A stretch of 63,103 nucleotides of DNA, filler included, from Acidimicrobiia bacterium (GTDB lineage Bacteria > Actinomycetota > Acidimicrobiia > Spongiisociales > SHLN01), in the NCBI GenBank assembly GCA_041619515.1. It is 4 parts of 4 records of this genome, joined end to end, with 100 filler letters (N's around TTAATTAATTAA, not from the genome) between each part and the next. Parts side by side here need not be neighbours in the genome. Positions count along the whole stretch, not along the records: positions 53,725 to 63,103 come from JBFKDW010000094.1; 3 more parts are not named here. The stretch is one strand, 5' to 3'. The translations under genes were made by a program, and so were the position numbers. The stretch's first letter is position 1; the number at the start of each line of letters is the position of its first letter. The notes beneath the pieces are model-generated. The model was not told where the DNA came from, searched no databases, and saw only the letters and a program-made list of their open reading frames with translations. Of the stretch, positions 61,056 through 63,103 are shown one piece after another.

Positions 61056-61706
61056 CTAGACGTTGAATCCGCGATAGCCGGTGCCCGGACGGCTGACGAC
61101 GCGGGCCGGATTGCCTACGACCACCGTTCCGGCGGGCACGGCCTGGGTGGCGACTGCGCCGGCTCCCACGACGGAGTTGGCGCCGATAGTCACTCCCGGC
61201 ATGATCACCGCACCGGCCCCGATGAACGTCCCCCGGCCCACCCGGACATCACCGCACAACGTCGCTCCCGGACCGATGAACGTGTAGCTCTCCAGCGTGG
61301 CGCCGTGGCCGATGGAGGCGCTTCGATTGACTGAAGCAAAGCCGTGGAGCTCGGCACCGGCCGCGATGACGACTCCGGCATTCACGACACATCCGCCCGA
61401 CAGCGCGGCCGATCTCGCCACCACCGACGTGGGGTCCACCACCACAGGAAACCGGGTGAAGCCCATCGCCCGGGATTGCTCCTCGGCTGCCAACCGATGT
61501 CCGGGCGTCGCCACCGGTATCACCACGGCATAGTCGAACCAGTCGTCCGGGATGTCTTCCAGCCCCACCACCGGCGCCGTCCCCCGGGTACGGGGCGCCT
61601 CGCCAAGGTTGTCGATGAGGCCGCGTATCTGCCACGAGAGCCGACCGAGGATCTCAACCACATCACCCGTGTAGCTGCTGGCCGCACCGTACACCACACA
61701 ATCCAC
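61056..61706 (-). CDS. NeuD/PglD/EpsM-family sugar acetyltransferase
   Basis: Hexapeptide repeats; IGH; VVGNPAR. Confidence 0.88.
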   Translation of the reverse strand: MDCVVYGAASSYTGDVVEILGRLSWQIRGLIDNLGEAPRTRGTAPVVGLEDIPDDWFDYAVVIPVATPGHRLAAEEQSRAMGFTRFPVVVDPTSVVARSAALSGGCVVNAGVVIAAGAELHGFASVNRSASIGHGATLESYTFIGPGATLCGDVRVGRGTFIGAGAVIMPGVTIGANSVVGAGAVATQAVPAGTVVVGNPARVVSRPGTGYRGFNV

Positions 61707-61808
61707 CGTTGCAGTGTATCGGTGCCCGGCCGCGGCGACCTGTTCGGGCTCAGCCCGCTGCAGCGGGCGGGCGCCTTCCTCGCCCGTGCCGACTGCGCGG
61801 GACGGATC

Positions 61809-62744
61809 TCACGGCGCGGCGGGGACGTCGAAGGTGATGCCGGTTTCCCGCTCGGAGAGCTTCCACAGGGCTTCGAGGTCCCGCGGGCGGCGCGAGGTCG
61901 GCAGGATGGGGCGGCGGACGGGTGGGCCGACGTTGACCCAGCGGGGCGCGTAGAGCTCACCGCCCTCGGCGTCCGGATCGGTGGCAGCCCGCAGCTGGGA
62001 GAGGGCGCCCCTCGCCTGGCTCATGCCCACGCGCTGCACCATCGAGTGGAAGAACCGCTGCGACCTACCCTCACCGTCGGTGGAGCGCAGGCTCTGGGCC
62101 TGGAGATCGGTGTTGGAATAGCCGGGATGGGCGACCAGGCTCTCCACCGGTGAACCGGCCGCCCGCAACCGGCGGTCGAGCTCGATTGCAAAGTGGGCGT
62201 TGGCCCGCTTGGACTGGCCGTAGGCGCGCCACGGCCCATACCCTTCGGTCAGGTGGGGGTCCTCGACGTTGAGTTTGCCTCCAAAATGGCGAGCCGTGCT
62301 CGTGACCGTGACGATGCGGCCGCTTGGGGAGCGCACCAGCGCGGGCATCAGCCGGGCCGTGAGGGCGAAGTGCCCGAGGTGGTTGGTGCCGAATTGCAGC
62401 TCGAACCCGTCTGCGGTCTCGCGACGCGGCGTGCCCATGACACCGGCGTTGTTCACGAGTATGTCGATGCGATCGTGGGCGTTGAGCACCTCGGCCGCGA
62501 AGCTCTTGATCGAGTCGAGCGAGCCCAGGTCCAGCTTGCGCACTTCGAGCGAAGCGGCCGGGATGTCGTCGCGTATGCTCTGCTCGGCGGCGGCAGCCTT
62601 CTCGAGGTTGCGGGACGCCATGATCACGTGTGCGCCCTTGCGAGCGAGCTCCCGGGTCGTCTCGAGGCCGAGGCCGCCGTTCGCCCCGGTCACCACCGCC
62701 ACCCGGCCGGTCAGGTCTGGAATGTCTTCTGTCGTCCACGTCAT
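61809..62744 (-). CDS. SDR oxidoreductase (retinol dehydrogenase-like)
   Basis: TGANGGLG, NNAGVM, NHLGHF, YGQSK. Confidence 0.92.
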   Translation of the reverse strand: MTWTTEDIPDLTGRVAVVTGANGGLGLETTRELARKGAHVIMASRNLEKAAAAEQSIRDDIPAASLEVRKLDLGSLDSIKSFAAEVLNAHDRIDILVNNAGVMGTPRRETADGFELQFGTNHLGHFALTARLMPALVRSPSGRIVTVTSTARHFGGKLNVEDPHLTEGYGPWRAYGQSKRANAHFAIELDRRLRAAGSPVESLVAHPGYSNTDLQAQSLRSTDGEGRSQRFFHSMVQRVGMSQARGALSQLRAATDPDAEGGELYAPRWVNVGPPVRRPILPTSRRPRDLEALWKLSERETGITFDVPAAP

Positions 62745-62896
62745 GGCGGTTGCTCCCCGGGCTGGTTCGGTCGTTCATTGTTGGTCCGGCCGGGGGGCAA
62801 TGCAAAATCGAGTCCCGGCTCGCTCGGCCGGCGGCATGTCAGCGTGACCATTTGCACGTACGCTGACTGGAGGGCTTCCAAGGGCACGGGCGGGCA

Positions 62897-63103
62897 GTGA
62901 CGCGAACAACCACCATCCTCGTGGGTATTGCGCTGCTGACGGCTGCCTGCACCGATTCGAGCGAGCCCTCCGGTGGTGACACCCTCCTCACCACCCCTCC
63001 GACCAGGGCCCCGACCACGACGACCCTCGTAACAACCACGACGGCCGCCACCCGAGCGGCGACGACCACCACCACGGTACCCGCCGCCGCCGCCGCCACC
63101 ACC
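62897..63103 (+). CDS. lipoprotein with Thr-rich linker, truncated by the window edge
   Basis: GTG 62897 MTRTTTILVGIALLTAAC lipobox, then a Thr-rich stretch. Confidence 0.7.
   Translation, partial: MTRTTTILVGIALLTAACTDSSEPSGGDTLLTTPPTRAPTTTTLVTTTTAATRAATTTTTVPAAAAATT

Overview
GC-rich actinobacterial DNA, most likely Acidimicrobiia. This is inferred from WhiB, F420 genes, gltX with tRNA-Gln/Glu, Thr-rich lipoproteins and Ccm system I genes. The window is four contigs (1-18081, 18182-36234, 36335-53624, 53725-63103) joined by artificial N-TTAATTAATTAA-N linkers, so adjacency across the gaps is not biological. Contigs 2-4 are mostly core or metabolic: rnhA, ccmABCDE, trpD, whiB, rnpB, cfa, pgpA, ilvE, gltX, two tRNAs, cofC, pyk, trpB2 and an ABC exporter with TetR. 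Contig 1 is an accessory patchwork. The best leads are: (1) a chimeric duplication scar at 4080-4308, joined at an 11-bp microhomology, that brackets two alternative cargos of one locus, one being a GH17 pair of laminarinase type; (2) a 1069-aa TPR-patatin-TM protein that may be an immune effector; (3) an Ig-like membrane protein followed by a metzincin-HEAT fusion; (4) a rifampin-phosphotransferase-like dikinase operon with a membrane-anchored RHH-like protein; (5) a secreted protein built from two copies of an unrecognised ~132-aa Cys-closed, His-rich domain. No CRISPR array, transposase or integrase was seen. All family assignments come from motif recognition by eye, not database searches.
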